This document shows, piece after piece, positions 35,326-35,576 of a DNA stretch of 35,576 bases (position 1 is its first letter; the number at the start of each line of letters is the position of its first letter). Location of the stretch: positions 1-35,576 of the forward strand of contig CAYYFM010000046.1 in assembly GCA_964471375.1 (NCBI GenBank). Reading direction: 5' to 3'. The notes beneath the pieces were generated by a model. It ran no database searches, was not told the origin of the DNA, and saw only the letters and a list, made by a program, of their open reading frames with translations. Made by a program: the position numbers and the translations under genes. The DNA is from an uncultured Gammaproteobacteria bacterium. Lineage in GTDB: Bacteria; Patescibacteriota; Patescibacteriia; UBA9934; GWF2-40-263.

Positions 35326-35352
35326 AAATAAAAATCGGCGGAGGGTCGCCGA
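35326..35352 (-). terminator. Rho-independent terminator for the minus-strand genes entering from the right edge
   Basis: The minus strand reads TCGGCG-accctc-CGCCGA followed by TTTTTATTTTGT. Confidence 0.65.
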
Positions 35353-35358
35353 CAAGTT

Positions 35359-35475
35359 CTACATGACGAGTATTTTTTCCTGCGGTGGAGGTTTTGGGGG
35401 CGCTTCATAGATTGCTTCGTGTGGCGTGATACCAAACAATCTCTGAAAAAAGTCCATGATTGTTTCGATAATCAT
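35359..35475 (-). CDS. Possible 38-aa small protein (MIIETIMDFFQRLFGITPHEAIYEAPPKPPPQEKILVM)
   Basis: Its ATG overlaps the stop of the upstream partial ORF (ATGA at 35472-35475), and a terminator follows. There is no other support. Confidence 0.2.
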   Translation of the reverse strand: MIIETIMDFFQRLFGITPHEAIYEAPPKPPPQEKILVM

Positions 35476-35576
35476 TTTTCCCCCACAAAAATCGTCGCTG
35501 TGTCGTTGAAGGCAGGCATGACCTGGTTCACGTTGAACACATAGTCACTCCACGGCTCGTGTTTCTCTCGAGCGAT
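35472..35576 (-). CDS. 3' end of an unidentified gene (truncated by window edge)
   Basis: The frame is open from the window edge: ...IAREKHEPWSDYVFNVNQVMPAFNDTATIFVGEK*. This is too short to identify. Confidence 0.3.
   Translation of the reverse strand: MAREKHEPWSDYVFNVNQVMPAFNDTATIFVGEK

Overview
This is a gene-dense bacterial chromosomal fragment dominated by translation and housekeeping genes. The small genes, weak Shine-Dalgarno signals, many orphan membrane or secreted proteins and overall gene content suggest a reduced-genome Patescibacteria/CPR-like organism; that placement is inference. The standard genetic code applies, since TGA terminates rplK and miaB.

Recognisable genes are thrS (5' partial), miaB, miaA, gatB, tmk, dut, a thyA-family gene, a DHFR-like gene, a dCMP-deaminase fusion, a dcd-like gene, rplA, rplK, nusG, secE, gyrB, a SEDS FtsW/RodA gene, rplY, a DUF3048-type gene, prmC, a sugar-1-P nucleotidyltransferase, prfA, rpmE, queA, a RelE/ParE-RHH toxin-antitoxin pair, rpsB and tsf. 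I found no rRNA, tRNA, CRISPR array, transposase or integrase.

The most interesting signals are:
1. A divergently transcribed pyrimidine-deoxynucleotide island (10079-14994).
   - The ThyA-family enzyme carries Asp at the Asn177 specificity position, which is the dCMP-type signature. It is translationally coupled to a DHFR-like gene.
   - Next comes a dCMP deaminase fused to a DNPH1/Rcl-like dNMP N-glycosidase domain.
   - The Dcd-like protein appears to lack the catalytic Glu.
2. Families of short repeats that have remodelled core genes in frame.
   - A roughly 50-nt 'EPEEPKD' cassette occurs in gyrB, queA and the DUF3048 gene.
   - A 61-nt palindrome forms the miaB stop and the miaA start.
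   - An (ATGCAAA)4 tract lies inside miaA.
   - A palindromic insertion lies in the nucleotidyltransferase gene.
3. A 34-nt hairpin is conserved, with a compensatory base-pair change, upstream of gatB and queA.
4. About 0.8 kb with no intact ORF lies between the nucleotidyltransferase gene and prmC. It is either a decayed gene or an RNA.
5. There are two G+C-rich orphan insertions, at 2821-4620 and 17539-18138.
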